A stretch of DNA of 64,000 bases from Arenibacter nanhaiticus (GCF_900141935.1 NZ_FQYX01000022.1:1-64000); one strand, 5' to 3'. Shown: positions 1 to 9,883, counted from the first letter of the stretch. Numbers and translations: made by a program. The notes: generated by a model from the letters alone, not told the origin.

Positions 1-217
1 CAGCTGGCCCCTTACTCCAAATGCTGCTGTGCGGTCCTCTATTTTCTTTTCTCTTTGAACTTCCCTATCATATGACTAAAAATGTATTTGTTCAATATTA
101 ACCAAAAGTCATATTGACCGGTAGTCCCGCAACATGCGGGGGAGGTACTGATTACTGTTCACCGTTCACCGATTATTTTTTCCACATTGTTTATTGCTAA
201 TTGTTAACTGAAATCCT

Positions 218-300
218 CGCGTTAGGGATCGCAGCGGCATCCCCGCAGCAAAGCAAGGGATACAGCGGAGCGCCCGACCGACGCAGGAGGGAACGCCCAA
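218..300. repeat. Interspersed GC-rich intergenic repeat, copy 1, forward orientation
   Basis: CGCGTTAGGGATCGCAGCGGCATCCCCGCAGC...GGAGGGAACGCCC is repeated at 38489-38570 and, inverted, at 9513-9582 and 44579-44660. Confidence 0.65.
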
Positions 301-330
301 ACACTAGGCCCAATTCTAGGCATCCGAAAT

Positions 331-377
331 AAAAAAGTGCTCCATAAAAGCCTAAGACCTTATGGAGCACTTTTTTA
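331..377. terminator. Bidirectional rho-independent terminator
   Basis: An 11-bp stem GTGCTCCATAA/TTATGGAGCAC is flanked by an A-run and a T-run. It lies just 3' of the minus-strand peptidase gene. Confidence 0.6.
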
Positions 378-393
378 ATACATTTCGTTGTTA

Positions 394-2202
394 CTATTCT
401 GTCTTCAACCAGGCTTTTCTAGCTTTTAATACTTTCCTAGATGGTTTGTCACCCTCTTTTTCCATCAGGTGGATGCTGTAGGCAGGGTTGGCTCCTAAAA
501 CAACTTTGGTGGTCTTGGGAACGCCATAGCGGGTGTAGGCAACCGTAAGGGTATCGCCTACCTTAAATTGCTCGATGAATTCATTAAAACTTTGCCCTTG
601 GGTCAATGGCATATTATTAATGCTGGTAATGACATCGCCACTAGACAAGGCTGCAGCATAGGCAGGACCGCCAATACTGGGGTTGCGTTGAATGATACCG
701 CTGCCAAATTGGTTGACGGATACACTGGCCCCAAAATAAGGTTTGTCTAAGTGCTGTTTTAAAACCACGCCTACCGAAGCAAACAGGTTTTCATAATCGG
801 GCATACCGCTTTCGTAGATATAATTATTAAAAAACTGGTCACTAAAATCCTTTCCGGCGTATTGGGCTAGGGTGGTATGTAGGTCGGCTACGGTATAGGG
901 AATTTCATCTTTGCCATAGTTTTGCCATACCAATTTCATATAGTCGTCTAAATTTAATTTCTCTTGTCTTAGGGATAAGTCCAGGGCAAGTCCCAATACG
1001 CTACCGTAAGAGTAGTAAGAGATAAACGTATTTTCCCTGTTCACAGGATCTACGGAGGTGGCGGCATCTACAAAAGGAGCCTGATAGCTCATTTCAATTG
1101 GATTAAAGAACTGTCTGGCAGGAGAAGTCCACACATAATTAAATGTGCCCGTAATACCTTCTACATATTGCGCTGGGGTAATGATACCCGCCCTACAGAG
1201 GATAAAGTTGGTGTAGTAGCTAGTAAAGCCTTCTGCAAACCACAGTTCCCCGCTCATATTGGCTTGAGCATAATTAAAAGGCTCTAAGGATTGTGGTCGT
1301 ATGCGCTCTACGTTCCAACCGTGGAAAAATTCATGGGAAACGGTGCCAATATTATTTTTCATTCCCCCTTCTTCCAGTCCTTCGGTATCGGTAAGAATGG
1401 TAGAATTTCGGTGTTCCATTCCATCCCCGGAAGCATTCGGGATATAACAGGCTAAAAAGGTATACTTGTTAAAATCGTATTGTGGCAATTCGCCAAAAAC
1501 GTCTCTTTGGGCCAGGACAATCTTTTTTACCTGCTCAAAATAGGTGTCCAAGGCGGCTTCGGTGCCATTGTGGTGAAGGACAAATTCTATGGTTTGGGTG
1601 GTACCATTGTCCTCTACCTCAAATTGGCGAATGGCATGGTTGCTAATTTCAACCGGGCTATCCATAAAGTACTGAAAGTTTGGTGCCGCAAAGCTTGTTG
1701 CTGACAACTGCTGCATTTGTGTCGCTACTTTCCAGTTTAGGTCTTCTCGTACCTTAAAATCTACCTTTATGTCGCGGGCTGTTAGTGCGGGGGCATACAT
1801 AAAGGTGGCCGGAATATTTAAATGGGCATGGGTTTCATCGATCTGGGCATAGGTACCATCACCGCGATTGGCAAAAAGGGTGTAACTAATAGTCACTTCT
1901 CCGTTATGCTCCAGAATATCCCATTGGTAAGGATTAGGGCGTTGTATTTTTAAAAGCTTCCCGTTGCTATCGGTAGCCTTAAAATTGTAAACGTTTTTTG
2001 CAAATTCGTGTATGGCATAGCGCCCTGGGGAAGAACGTCCCATACGTACCGACAAAGTGCCGGGAGCCAAATCGGGAAAAGTAGCCTTTATTTCGGCCTC
2101 ATGGTGAACGGCATTTTCAAAAGAGATGCTGTATTGGTTGGTTTGTGCCTTTACATTTGCGGTAAGGACAAGGAATAAAATGCTTAAAAAAATATTTTTC
2201 AT
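394..2202 (-). CDS. M61 family glycyl aminopeptidase with a C-terminal PDZ domain, secreted
   Basis: HEFFHGWN zinc-binding motif. N-terminal signal peptide. PDZ-like C-terminus. 602 aa. Confidence 0.75.
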   Translation of the reverse strand: MKNIFLSILFLVLTANVKAQTNQYSISFENAVHHEAEIKATFPDLAPGTLSVRMGRSSPGRYAIHEFAKNVYNFKATDSNGKLLKIQRPNPYQWDILEHNGEVTISYTLFANRGDGTYAQIDETHAHLNIPATFMYAPALTARDIKVDFKVREDLNWKVATQMQQLSATSFAAPNFQYFMDSPVEISNHAIRQFEVEDNGTTQTIEFVLHHNGTEAALDTYFEQVKKIVLAQRDVFGELPQYDFNKYTFLACYIPNASGDGMEHRNSTILTDTEGLEEGGMKNNIGTVSHEFFHGWNVERIRPQSLEPFNYAQANMSGELWFAEGFTSYYTNFILCRAGIITPAQYVEGITGTFNYVWTSPARQFFNPIEMSYQAPFVDAATSVDPVNRENTFISYYSYGSVLGLALDLSLRQEKLNLDDYMKLVWQNYGKDEIPYTVADLHTTLAQYAGKDFSDQFFNNYIYESGMPDYENLFASVGVVLKQHLDKPYFGASVSVNQFGSGIIQRNPSIGGPAYAAALSSGDVITSINNMPLTQGQSFNEFIEQFKVGDTLTVAYTRYGVPKTTKVVLGANPAYSIHLMEKEGDKPSRKVLKARKAWLKTE

Positions 2203-2304
2203 AAGAGAAATACGTTGTTACAGATTTTTTTTGCTAGGCGTTATTTTTAATAACAGTGTGAGGCGAATATACTATTTAAAAAGAGGAAATGCTACATTTG
2301 TACA

Positions 2305-3486
2305 ATGGTGGAGCTTCCAAAACGGTTACAGATAAAATTATCGGAAAGGGCGACTAACAATGCGTTGCGCCAACTTCCTATTGCCAATCATTTAATAGAT
2401 TTCTCGTCCAATGATTATTTAGGTTTTGCCAGGGACGAGGCTGTTTTCAAGATGGCTTCCGAAATACTGCGCAACGAAGGCATCCGTACCAATGGAGCCA
2501 CGGGCTCTAGACTTTTAACAGGCAACTCCGAGCTCTATGGGCAGCTAGAAGCCCTATTGGCCAAATTTTACGATACCGAGGCTGCTTTGGTCTTTAACTC
2601 GGGTTACGATGCCAATATCGGATTTTTTTCTTCTGTGCCCCAACGGGGCGATGTAGTGTTGTACGATGAGTTATGCCATGCGAGTATCCGCGATGGGATT
2701 GGGATGAGTAATGCCCAACATTATAAATTTAAACATAACGATGTAGAGGATCTGTACCGGAGTATAGAACGGGTTAAAAGCAAGAATACAGATAGTATCA
2801 TATATGTAGTCACCGAATCGGTATTTTCCATGGATGGCGATGCCCCGGATTTGGAAGCTTTAGCGATTTTATGTAAGGCTAATGGCTGTTATTTGGTGGT
2901 TGATGAAGCCCATGCCGTTGGAGTATATGGTGAGAAGGGCGAAGGTTTGCTGCATCAGTTGGTGCAACAAGATAAGGTATTTGCCAGAATTATAACTTTC
3001 GGAAAGGCTATGGGCTGCCATGGCGCCGCCATCTTGGGCAGTGAGGCTTTAAAAAGTTATTTGGTGAATTTTGCCCGAAGTTTTATCTATACAACTGGTT
3101 TGCCACCACATTCCTTGGCTACTATCTTAGCAGTTCATCAACGTTTGGAGAACAACGGACAAGTAGGAACCCCTTTTGGAGGGATACAAACCCTTAAAAA
3201 TAATATTCAATTTTTTAACGCTCGGCTAATCGCCTTGGGCTTGGAACAATATTTTATACCTAGTAACTCGGCTATCCACTGTTGTTTGGTACCCGGAAAC
3301 AAGCAGGTGAAGTATTGGTCTGGCCAATTACGAGAGAAAGGCTTTGATGTAAAGCCTATTATGTCTCCTACCGTACCCAAAGGCCAGGAACGATTGCGGT
3401 TTTGTATTCATAGTTATAATTCCGAAAATCAAATTAATAGCCTGTTGTTACATTTAGAGATGTTGGTTCACTTGTCTGAAAAATAG
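2305..3486 (+). CDS. bioF: 8-amino-7-oxononanoate synthase (PLP-dependent class I/II aminotransferase fold)
   Basis: Signature of the alpha-oxoamine synthase family, with SVFSMDGD and a TFGKA PLP-lysine region. It sits next to bioD, bioA and bioB. Confidence 0.8.
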   Translation: MVELPKRLQIKLSERATNNALRQLPIANHLIDFSSNDYLGFARDEAVFKMASEILRNEGIRTNGATGSRLLTGNSELYGQLEALLAKFYDTEAALVFNSGYDANIGFFSSVPQRGDVVLYDELCHASIRDGIGMSNAQHYKFKHNDVEDLYRSIERVKSKNTDSIIYVVTESVFSMDGDAPDLEALAILCKANGCYLVVDEAHAVGVYGEKGEGLLHQLVQQDKVFARIITFGKAMGCHGAAILGSEALKSYLVNFARSFIYTTGLPPHSLATILAVHQRLENNGQVGTPFGGIQTLKNNIQFFNARLIALGLEQYFIPSNSAIHCCLVPGNKQVKYWSGQLREKGFDVKPIMSPTVPKGQERLRFCIHSYNSENQINSLLLHLEMLVHLSEK

Positions 3487-3566
3487 GTCAAAAGTCAAGT
3501 TTTATATACAAATTGACATATTTATTAATATCTTAAGCTTGTAAAAGTAACTAGGCAATACATCAT

Positions 3567-3950
3567 ATGGAGTATCAATTTTATACCCTTGCCGCCTTTG
3601 AATATTTTGCCGATGTGCAGGCAGTTAAAGGGCGATTGGAATCTGAAGGAATTCCGGTTTTCCTAAGGGACGGGAACATCCTAAATTCAGATCCAATGAT
3701 CAGCCATGCCATTGGCGGGGTCAAATTACAAGTGTATTCCAGCGATCGTGAGCGGGCCCAGGAAATTTATGATGAAATAAGGGCTTATGCCATGGACGAC
3801 CACGGTAATTTACGAACATGCCCCAATTGCAAAGCCCAAAAAATGGAAATCTATTACAGAAGGAACAATGTGTTCTACAAACTGTTTCCTTTTTTTGAAA
3901 AGAAAAAGTACAAATGCCTTAAGTGCGAATTTATAACTAAACCCCAGTAG
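3567..3950 (+). CDS. Hypothetical protein: DUF2007-like N-terminal domain plus a C-terminal four-Cys zinc ribbon
   Basis: CPNCK...CLKCEF cysteine pairs. Its stop is 1 nt before the bioD start, so the two are translationally coupled. Confidence 0.5.
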   Translation: MEYQFYTLAAFEYFADVQAVKGRLESEGIPVFLRDGNILNSDPMISHAIGGVKLQVYSSDRERAQEIYDEIRAYAMDDHGNLRTCPNCKAQKMEIYYRRNNVFYKLFPFFEKKKYKCLKCEFITKPQ

Positions 3951-3951
3951 T

Positions 3952-4569
3952 ATGAAGCAGTTTTTTGTAACCGGAATATCGACCGATGTAGGGAAGACCC
4001 TCGTAGCGGCCATATTGACGGAAGCCTTGGAAGCAGATTATTGGAAGCCAGTACAAACCGGAGCCCTGGAAGACTCCGACAGTGCCACCATAACCCGCTT
4101 AATATCGAACGATAAAACGGTTATACACCCCAATAGCTATTCTTTTAAAGCTCCTATAAGTCCGCACGAGGCAGCAGCCTTGGAAGGGGCGCATATAGAC
4201 CCGAATAAAATACATGAGCCCGAGACCGATAACGATTTGGTCATCGAAGGTGCCGGTGGGCTGTTGGTGCCTTTAAACGATAGCGATACCATCTTAGACC
4301 TTATCATGCCGGCTTATAAAGTGATCGTGGTTTGTAACCATTATCTAGGAAGTATCAATCACTCCCTTTTGACCATAAATTGGTTGTTGGGGAAAGGGTA
4401 TGATGTTTCCATAGTGTTTAATGGAGAACCCAATAAGGCTTCAGAAGAAATTATTCTTAAAAAAACCGGAGTCTTGGTATTGGGAAGGATAAAAAAAGAG
4501 CCTATTATAAATAAGGACATCGTTAAGGCTTACGCCAAAGAATTTAGAAAGGCCTTAGTTGTGGCATAA
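3952..4569 (+). CDS. bioD: Dethiobiotin synthetase
   Basis: N-terminal P-loop GISTDVGKT. About 205 aa. Biotin-cluster context. Confidence 0.85.
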   Translation: MKQFFVTGISTDVGKTLVAAILTEALEADYWKPVQTGALEDSDSATITRLISNDKTVIHPNSYSFKAPISPHEAAALEGAHIDPNKIHEPETDNDLVIEGAGGLLVPLNDSDTILDLIMPAYKVIVVCNHYLGSINHSLLTINWLLGKGYDVSIVFNGEPNKASEEIILKKTGVLVLGRIKKEPIINKDIVKAYAKEFRKALVVA

Positions 4570-4597
4570 AAATCAGTCGCACTTGACAATTTTAATA

Positions 4598-4637
4598 ACA
4601 CCCTCCCTTTTTTAGCAAAAAAAGGGAGGGTGTTTTG
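4598..4637. terminator. Bidirectional rho-independent terminator between bioD and bioA
   Basis: Perfect stem CACCCTCCCTTTTTT / AAAAAAAGGGAGGGTG followed by TTTT. Confidence 0.6.
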
Positions 4638-4815
4638 GTATTGGCAGTTTTATCGGGGGTTCTATATTGGGTATTTTTTAAAAATGGGCTCTTTAAATAG
4701 AGGGATGTTGGGTTTGAGGGACCACTTATTAGCATATGGTAGCTATTAGAGTCAAAAAAATCGTTACCTATAAAAAGTCGAAAGGTGGTTTTGTTTTTAT
4801 CATTATTCCTCATCT

Positions 4816-6114
4816 TTGCAGGGATATTTTAAAACTGTACACCAATTGAAAAGTCTTTCAGAAAGAGATCAAAAGCATCTTTGGCATCCGTTGACCCAAC
4901 ATAAATTACATTCTAAAATGCTAGGGATTGTAAAGGCAAAGGGAGCGGTATTATACGATGAGGACGGAAAAGAATATGTAGATGGAATTTCATCATGGTA
5001 TACTTGTATGTATGGTCATTGCAACGATTTTATTATCGAAAGGGTATATGCCCAAATGCAAAAACTAGATCAGGTGGTCTTCAGTGGATTTACCCATGAA
5101 CCGGCGGTAGCCCTTTCGGAAGCCTTGATGCAAGTTTTGCCAGCGAATCAGGAAAGACTATTTTTTTCCGACAATGGTTCCACGGCTACCGAGATCGGTA
5201 TAAAGATGGCCTTACAGTACCACCATAACCGAGGAAAAAAGCGCTCTGTATTATTGGCTTTTGAGGACGGTTTCCACGGAGATACCTTTGGGGCAATGTC
5301 GGTTTCGGGATTATCGGTCTATAATGGCCCTTTTGAAGACTATTTTATAGATGTAAAACGCATTCCGGTACCCACAAATGAGAATATCGATAGTATAATC
5401 GATCAGTTAATTAACGACATCGATCTGGATACTATTGCCGGATTTATCTACGAACCCTTAATTCAGGGGGCAGCTGCGATGAAGATGCACGACGCAGTCG
5501 GATTGGAGAAAATATTGGCATTGGTAAAATCTAAAGGGGTATTGGCCATCGCCGATGAAGTAATGACTGGCTTTGGAAAAACCGGAAAGCATTTTGCCTC
5601 TGATTATTTAGAAGTAAAACCCGATATTATCTGTATGTCCAAGGCGCTAACGGCCGGTTTGGTCCCTATGGCCATTACCAGTTGTACCCAAGAAGTGTAC
5701 GACGCCTTTTATAGCGACGAGATTGCCAAAGGGCTTTTTCACGGGCATACCTATACGGCAAATCCATTGGCTTGTACTGCGGCTTTGGCCGGATTGGAGC
5801 TACTTGTCTCTGATGAAATCCAAGAAAATATAACGCGTATTATACAATGGCACCAAGACTTTGATGCCGAGATAAAAGACCATCCAAAAGTATCGGCTAC
5901 TAGGCAAACAGGGATTATTTATGCCTTGGATCTAAACGTACAAATGGAGCGATACGGTAATTTAAGGGACCGCTTGTTTCAACATTTTATGGATAGCGGG
6001 GTGTTTTTGCGCCCATTGGGGAATACCATTTATATTTCGGCACCTTATGTGACCACCAAGGCACAGATGGATAAAATTTATACGAGTATTAAAGCTGTAT
6101 TAGAATTTTTGTAA
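4816..6114 (+). CDS. bioA: Adenosylmethionine-8-amino-7-oxononanoate aminotransferase
   Basis: Class III aminotransferase with the conserved N-terminal HLWHP motif. The start is ambiguous, TTG at 4816 or TTG at 4846 giving MKSLSERDQKHLWHP. There is no upstream ATG. Confidence 0.8.
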   Translation: MQGYFKTVHQLKSLSERDQKHLWHPLTQHKLHSKMLGIVKAKGAVLYDEDGKEYVDGISSWYTCMYGHCNDFIIERVYAQMQKLDQVVFSGFTHEPAVALSEALMQVLPANQERLFFSDNGSTATEIGIKMALQYHHNRGKKRSVLLAFEDGFHGDTFGAMSVSGLSVYNGPFEDYFIDVKRIPVPTNENIDSIIDQLINDIDLDTIAGFIYEPLIQGAAAMKMHDAVGLEKILALVKSKGVLAIADEVMTGFGKTGKHFASDYLEVKPDIICMSKALTAGLVPMAITSCTQEVYDAFYSDEIAKGLFHGHTYTANPLACTAALAGLELLVSDEIQENITRIIQWHQDFDAEIKDHPKVSATRQTGIIYALDLNVQMERYGNLRDRLFQHFMDSGVFLRPLGNTIYISAPYVTTKAQMDKIYTSIKAVLEFL

Positions 6115-6115
6115 C

Positions 6116-7288
6116 ATGACAAACGACCCTATTTCCATTACCGCCATTGCCTCTGTTTCGGCTATAGGCCTAACATTACAAGAGGCTTGGGACAATTACA
6201 AAAAACAGCGGCATTTTTTACAGGAAAAACAAATAGGGGACACCCTTGCTTGGGTGGCCAGTTTGCCCGAACATGCAAAAGCAGCCATTGAAAAATTGGC
6301 GGCCTCCGATTCTAAATACAGTAATCTTGATGGTACCGTTTTATTTGCGCTTTTGGTTTCTCGCATGGCTATTGACCAAGCAGGCTGGACAGGGCAGGAT
6401 ACTTTTGGGATCAATATAGGCTCGTCTCGTGGTGCCACCGCCTTGTTTGAAAAATATCACCGCGAATTCTTAGAAGAAAACCAATCTTCTACCTATGCCT
6501 CACCCACGACTACCTTAGGGAATATCTCCTCTTGGGTAGCCCACGACTTACAAACCCAGGGTCCGGAAATCTCCCATTCCATCACCTGTTCTACCGGGCT
6601 ACATTCGGTTTTGAACGGTATTGCTTGGATAAAGGGAGGTATGGCCAATAAATTTTTAGTGGGCGGAAGTGAGGCGCCATTGACTCCGTTTACCATTGCC
6701 CAAATGCGGGCCTTAAAGATATATTCCAAAATGGACCCCAACGAGTCCCAAGGGTTCCCTTGTAGGGCCTTGGACCCGCACAAAAAACAAAATACGATGG
6801 TGCTGGGCGAAGGGGCATCGGTAGCCTGTTTGGAAAAGGGAATAACGGACAATGCTTTGGCTGTTATAGCGGGCATTGGCTATGCCACCGAACCTTTAGA
6901 ACACAATATATCGATCTCTACGGATGCCATTTGTTTTCAACGCTCCATGAAAATGGCCTTGGGAGATTTGGCTGCAGAAGAGGTAGATGTGGTCGTCATG
7001 CATGCCCCGGGTACTATTAAAGGCGATAGGGCCGAGGTACTTGCTATCGAGAAAATATTCGGAGATCGCCTTCCGGCACTGACCACCAATAAATGGAAGC
7101 TAGGACACACCTTTGGTACTTCCGGTATGCTTAGTGTAGAAATGGCCGTTTTAATGCTGCAACATCAAGAATTTATAGGAGTCCCTTTTGTCTCTCATGA
7201 GAGGGCTCCAAAAAAGATCCGCAAAGTAATGGTGAATGCCGTAGGTTTTGGCGGCAATGCCGTGAGCATTCTTCTTAGTAAGGACTAA
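6116..7288 (+). CDS. Beta-ketoacyl-ACP synthase I/II-like condensing enzyme (FabF/FabB family), in the biotin cluster
   Basis: Active-site Cys in CSTGLHS, plus His in HAPGT and in GHTFGTSG. Its ATG overlaps the bioA stop. Confidence 0.75.
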   Translation: MTNDPISITAIASVSAIGLTLQEAWDNYKKQRHFLQEKQIGDTLAWVASLPEHAKAAIEKLAASDSKYSNLDGTVLFALLVSRMAIDQAGWTGQDTFGINIGSSRGATALFEKYHREFLEENQSSTYASPTTTLGNISSWVAHDLQTQGPEISHSITCSTGLHSVLNGIAWIKGGMANKFLVGGSEAPLTPFTIAQMRALKIYSKMDPNESQGFPCRALDPHKKQNTMVLGEGASVACLEKGITDNALAVIAGIGYATEPLEHNISISTDAICFQRSMKMALGDLAAEEVDVVVMHAPGTIKGDRAEVLAIEKIFGDRLPALTTNKWKLGHTFGTSGMLSVEMAVLMLQHQEFIGVPFVSHERAPKKIRKVMVNAVGFGGNAVSILLSKD

Positions 7289-7445
7289 GGCCACAATTTC
7301 TGTCAACGGTTAGGAGAGTGCCCAGCTTTAATTTGGGCACTCATTAAAGCATAGCTTATTTTACTTACAAAATAAGCTCGACTTTCTGTATGAAATACTG
7401 TTTTTTGTTTATCTTACCTACACCTAACCAACACACTACAGAATT

Positions 7446-8024
7446 ATGGCACAATGGTTCGAGGCGTTCTCGCTATTCGAAAAAATTTATTGGGCAATCG
7501 CCGGGATCTCATCGGTTATATTGTTCATTCTGCTAATACTTACCTTAATTGGCGGTGAAACCGACGGTTTAGAGGGCGATGTAGATGTAGAAATAGAAGG
7601 AGATACCGGCATTGAATTCCAATTTTTATCCCTTAAAAACCTAATGGGTTTTTTCACCATTTTTGGTTGGAGCGGCATTGCGTGTTTGGAAGGAGGTCTT
7701 TCTATGGGGCTCACGCTACTAATATCGCTCCTCTGCGGTTTGCTAATGATGTTCGCCATGGCTTCGCTGTTCTATTATTTAGGAAAACTTCAAAGTAGCG
7801 GTACCTTAAAAATAAAAAATGCCTTGCACCAAACAGGGGAGGTATATATCACCATTGGCGCCAACCGCTCAGAAATAGGAAAAGTCAGTATCAAGGTACA
7901 AGGTACCCTTCGCGAAATGGAAGCGATAACCGATGAGGAGAAAGACTTGGTCATGGGAAACGTGGTACGGGTAAAGGATATTACAGATAACGGACTATTG
8001 ATTGTTGAATTACTAAATAAATAA
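7446..8024 (+). CDS. YqiJ/DUF1449-like membrane protein (NfeD-like partner of flotillin)
   Basis: Transmembrane segments flank an acidic DVDVEIEGD stretch. The C-terminus looks like an OB fold. It sits directly upstream of the flotillin gene, as in the E. coli yqiJK pair. Confidence 0.6.
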   Translation: MAQWFEAFSLFEKIYWAIAGISSVILFILLILTLIGGETDGLEGDVDVEIEGDTGIEFQFLSLKNLMGFFTIFGWSGIACLEGGLSMGLTLLISLLCGLLMMFAMASLFYYLGKLQSSGTLKIKNALHQTGEVYITIGANRSEIGKVSIKVQGTLREMEAITDEEKDLVMGNVVRVKDITDNGLLIVELLNK

Positions 8025-8028
8025 CCCT

Positions 8029-9456
8029 ATGCTTTTATTTCCTTTGCAGTTAGGCGGTTCCGCCGCTTTACTAGGTATTGGCCTTGCCATTCTATTCTTT
8101 TTTATTATTGTAATTTCTTTTATACGACGGTATAAAAGGTGTCCTTCAGACCGCGTTCTAGTGGTCTATGGAAAGGTCGGTACCGGCAATTCTGCCCGCT
8201 GTATTCATGGCGGGGCTGCTTTTATCTGGCCGGTAATTCAGGACTACGAGTTTTTAGATCTTACCCCTATTTCCATAGAGGTAAATTTGGTCAATGCACT
8301 GAGCAAGCAAAATATACGTGTAAATGTGCCTTCTAGATTTACCATCGGGATTTCTACCGAGCCGGGGATTATGCAAAATGCCGCGGAACGTCTTTTAGGG
8401 CAGGGCATGCAGCAGGTACAGGATTTGGCCAAGGAAATTATTTTTGGACAGCTGCGTTTGGTAGTGGCTTCTATGGATATAGAGGAGATAAACTCGGACC
8501 GGGACAAGTTTCTAACGAATATTTCCAAGAGTGTAGAGTCGGAACTGAAGAAGGTAGGTTTAAAGCTGATCAACGTTAATATTACCGATATCGTAGATGA
8601 GTCCGGCTATATAGAGGCCTTGGGGAAAGAAGCGGCGGCCCATGCCATTAATGCGGCCCGTAAATCGGTAGCCGAAAAGAACCGAGACGGATCTATTGGG
8701 GAGGCCAATGCGCTACAGGACGAACGTACCCAAGTAGCGGCGGCCAATGCCCAGGCCGTAGAGGGCGAGAATACGGCAAAAATTGCAGTCGCTAATTCCG
8801 ATTCCCTACGCCGCCAAAGGGAAGCAGAAGCGGAGCGCACGGCGATTGCGGCCGAAAAGGTGCAGACCGCCAAGGCCTTGGAAGAATCCTATGCCGCAGA
8901 GAAAGATGCCGAATTGGCCAGGGCCGATAGGGAGCGCAGTTCACAGATGGCCGATATTATAGTACCGGCAGAAATAGACAAGAAAAAAGTAGAAATCGAT
9001 GCCGAAGCCGAGGCCGAAAGAATCCGTAGACGTGCCAAAGGAGAGGCCGATGCCATTCTTTTTAAGGCACAAGCAGAAGCCCAAGGGTTGTTGGAGGTAT
9101 TGACAAAACAAGCCCAAGGACTTGACGAAATTGTAAAGGCCGCAGGCAATAATCCCAAGGACGCCGTGCTATTATTGATCGCCGATAAATTGCCGGAACT
9201 GGTGAAAACCCAGGCCGAAGCCATTAAAAATATTAAGATAGACAAGGTAACCGTTTGGGATACGGGCGCCAATGGTGCCCAAGGGAAGAATTCTACCGCC
9301 AATTTTATATCGGGGATGTACAAATCCGTACCGCCATTGCAGGAAATGTTCAATATGGCGGGCATGCAATTGCCAGAATATCTTAAAGGTAAGGGTGTGG
9401 ATGCCACGGAAGATTCACAAGAACCAGCACCAAAAACGACCGAACCCAAGGAATAG
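8029..9456 (+). CDS. Flotillin / SPFH (band 7) family protein
   Basis: N-terminal TM. SPFH domain. Long Ala/Glu-rich coiled coil. Confidence 0.8.
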   Translation: MLLFPLQLGGSAALLGIGLAILFFFIIVISFIRRYKRCPSDRVLVVYGKVGTGNSARCIHGGAAFIWPVIQDYEFLDLTPISIEVNLVNALSKQNIRVNVPSRFTIGISTEPGIMQNAAERLLGQGMQQVQDLAKEIIFGQLRLVVASMDIEEINSDRDKFLTNISKSVESELKKVGLKLINVNITDIVDESGYIEALGKEAAAHAINAARKSVAEKNRDGSIGEANALQDERTQVAAANAQAVEGENTAKIAVANSDSLRRQREAEAERTAIAAEKVQTAKALEESYAAEKDAELARADRERSSQMADIIVPAEIDKKKVEIDAEAEAERIRRRAKGEADAILFKAQAEAQGLLEVLTKQAQGLDEIVKAAGNNPKDAVLLLIADKLPELVKTQAEAIKNIKIDKVTVWDTGANGAQGKNSTANFISGMYKSVPPLQEMFNMAGMQLPEYLKGKGVDATEDSQEPAPKTTEPKE

Positions 9457-9512
9457 TCGAATAGCCCTTTAGGGATTGATAATTTTTTAGAAGATAGGTT
9501 TTGGGCGTTTCC

Positions 9513-9582
9513 CTAACGGGCCGCGCCCTTGGCTATATCCCTTGCGCTGCTGCGGGGATGCCGCCGCGGTCCCTAACGCAGC
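9513..9582. repeat. Interspersed GC-rich intergenic repeat, copy 2, inverted orientation, with a diverged 3' half
   Basis: Its reverse complement matches the first ~58 nt of copies 1 and 3. Confidence 0.6.
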
Positions 9583-9883
9583 ATTCCATTAACAATTTCC
9601 AATTAGCATAAATCAATTTTGGGAAATGAAATGAGCAAGACCGAAAACTGGTCGCAAAGGCGAATGACGATATACGAAGTACATAGGACCCTTAAAAAAC
9701 AATAAATGGCTAGCTATGAAAATGAGGTGATTTGACAAGCAAGCAATTGGGCCCTAATAGCCTATGTTTTTGCGTTAATTCTATGTTTTTATATACCGGG
9801 CGCCCTTGAATTTAGAAATAGAGAATCGATTTTTATTATATCTGTAGATTATAGGTTATTTTTGAACCTTAAAACGAAGACGG

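Noticed and set aside
4592-4813. 73-aa minus-strand ORF between bioD and bioA
   Set aside because: It spans the bidirectional terminator hairpin and has a low-complexity product. It is more likely non-coding.
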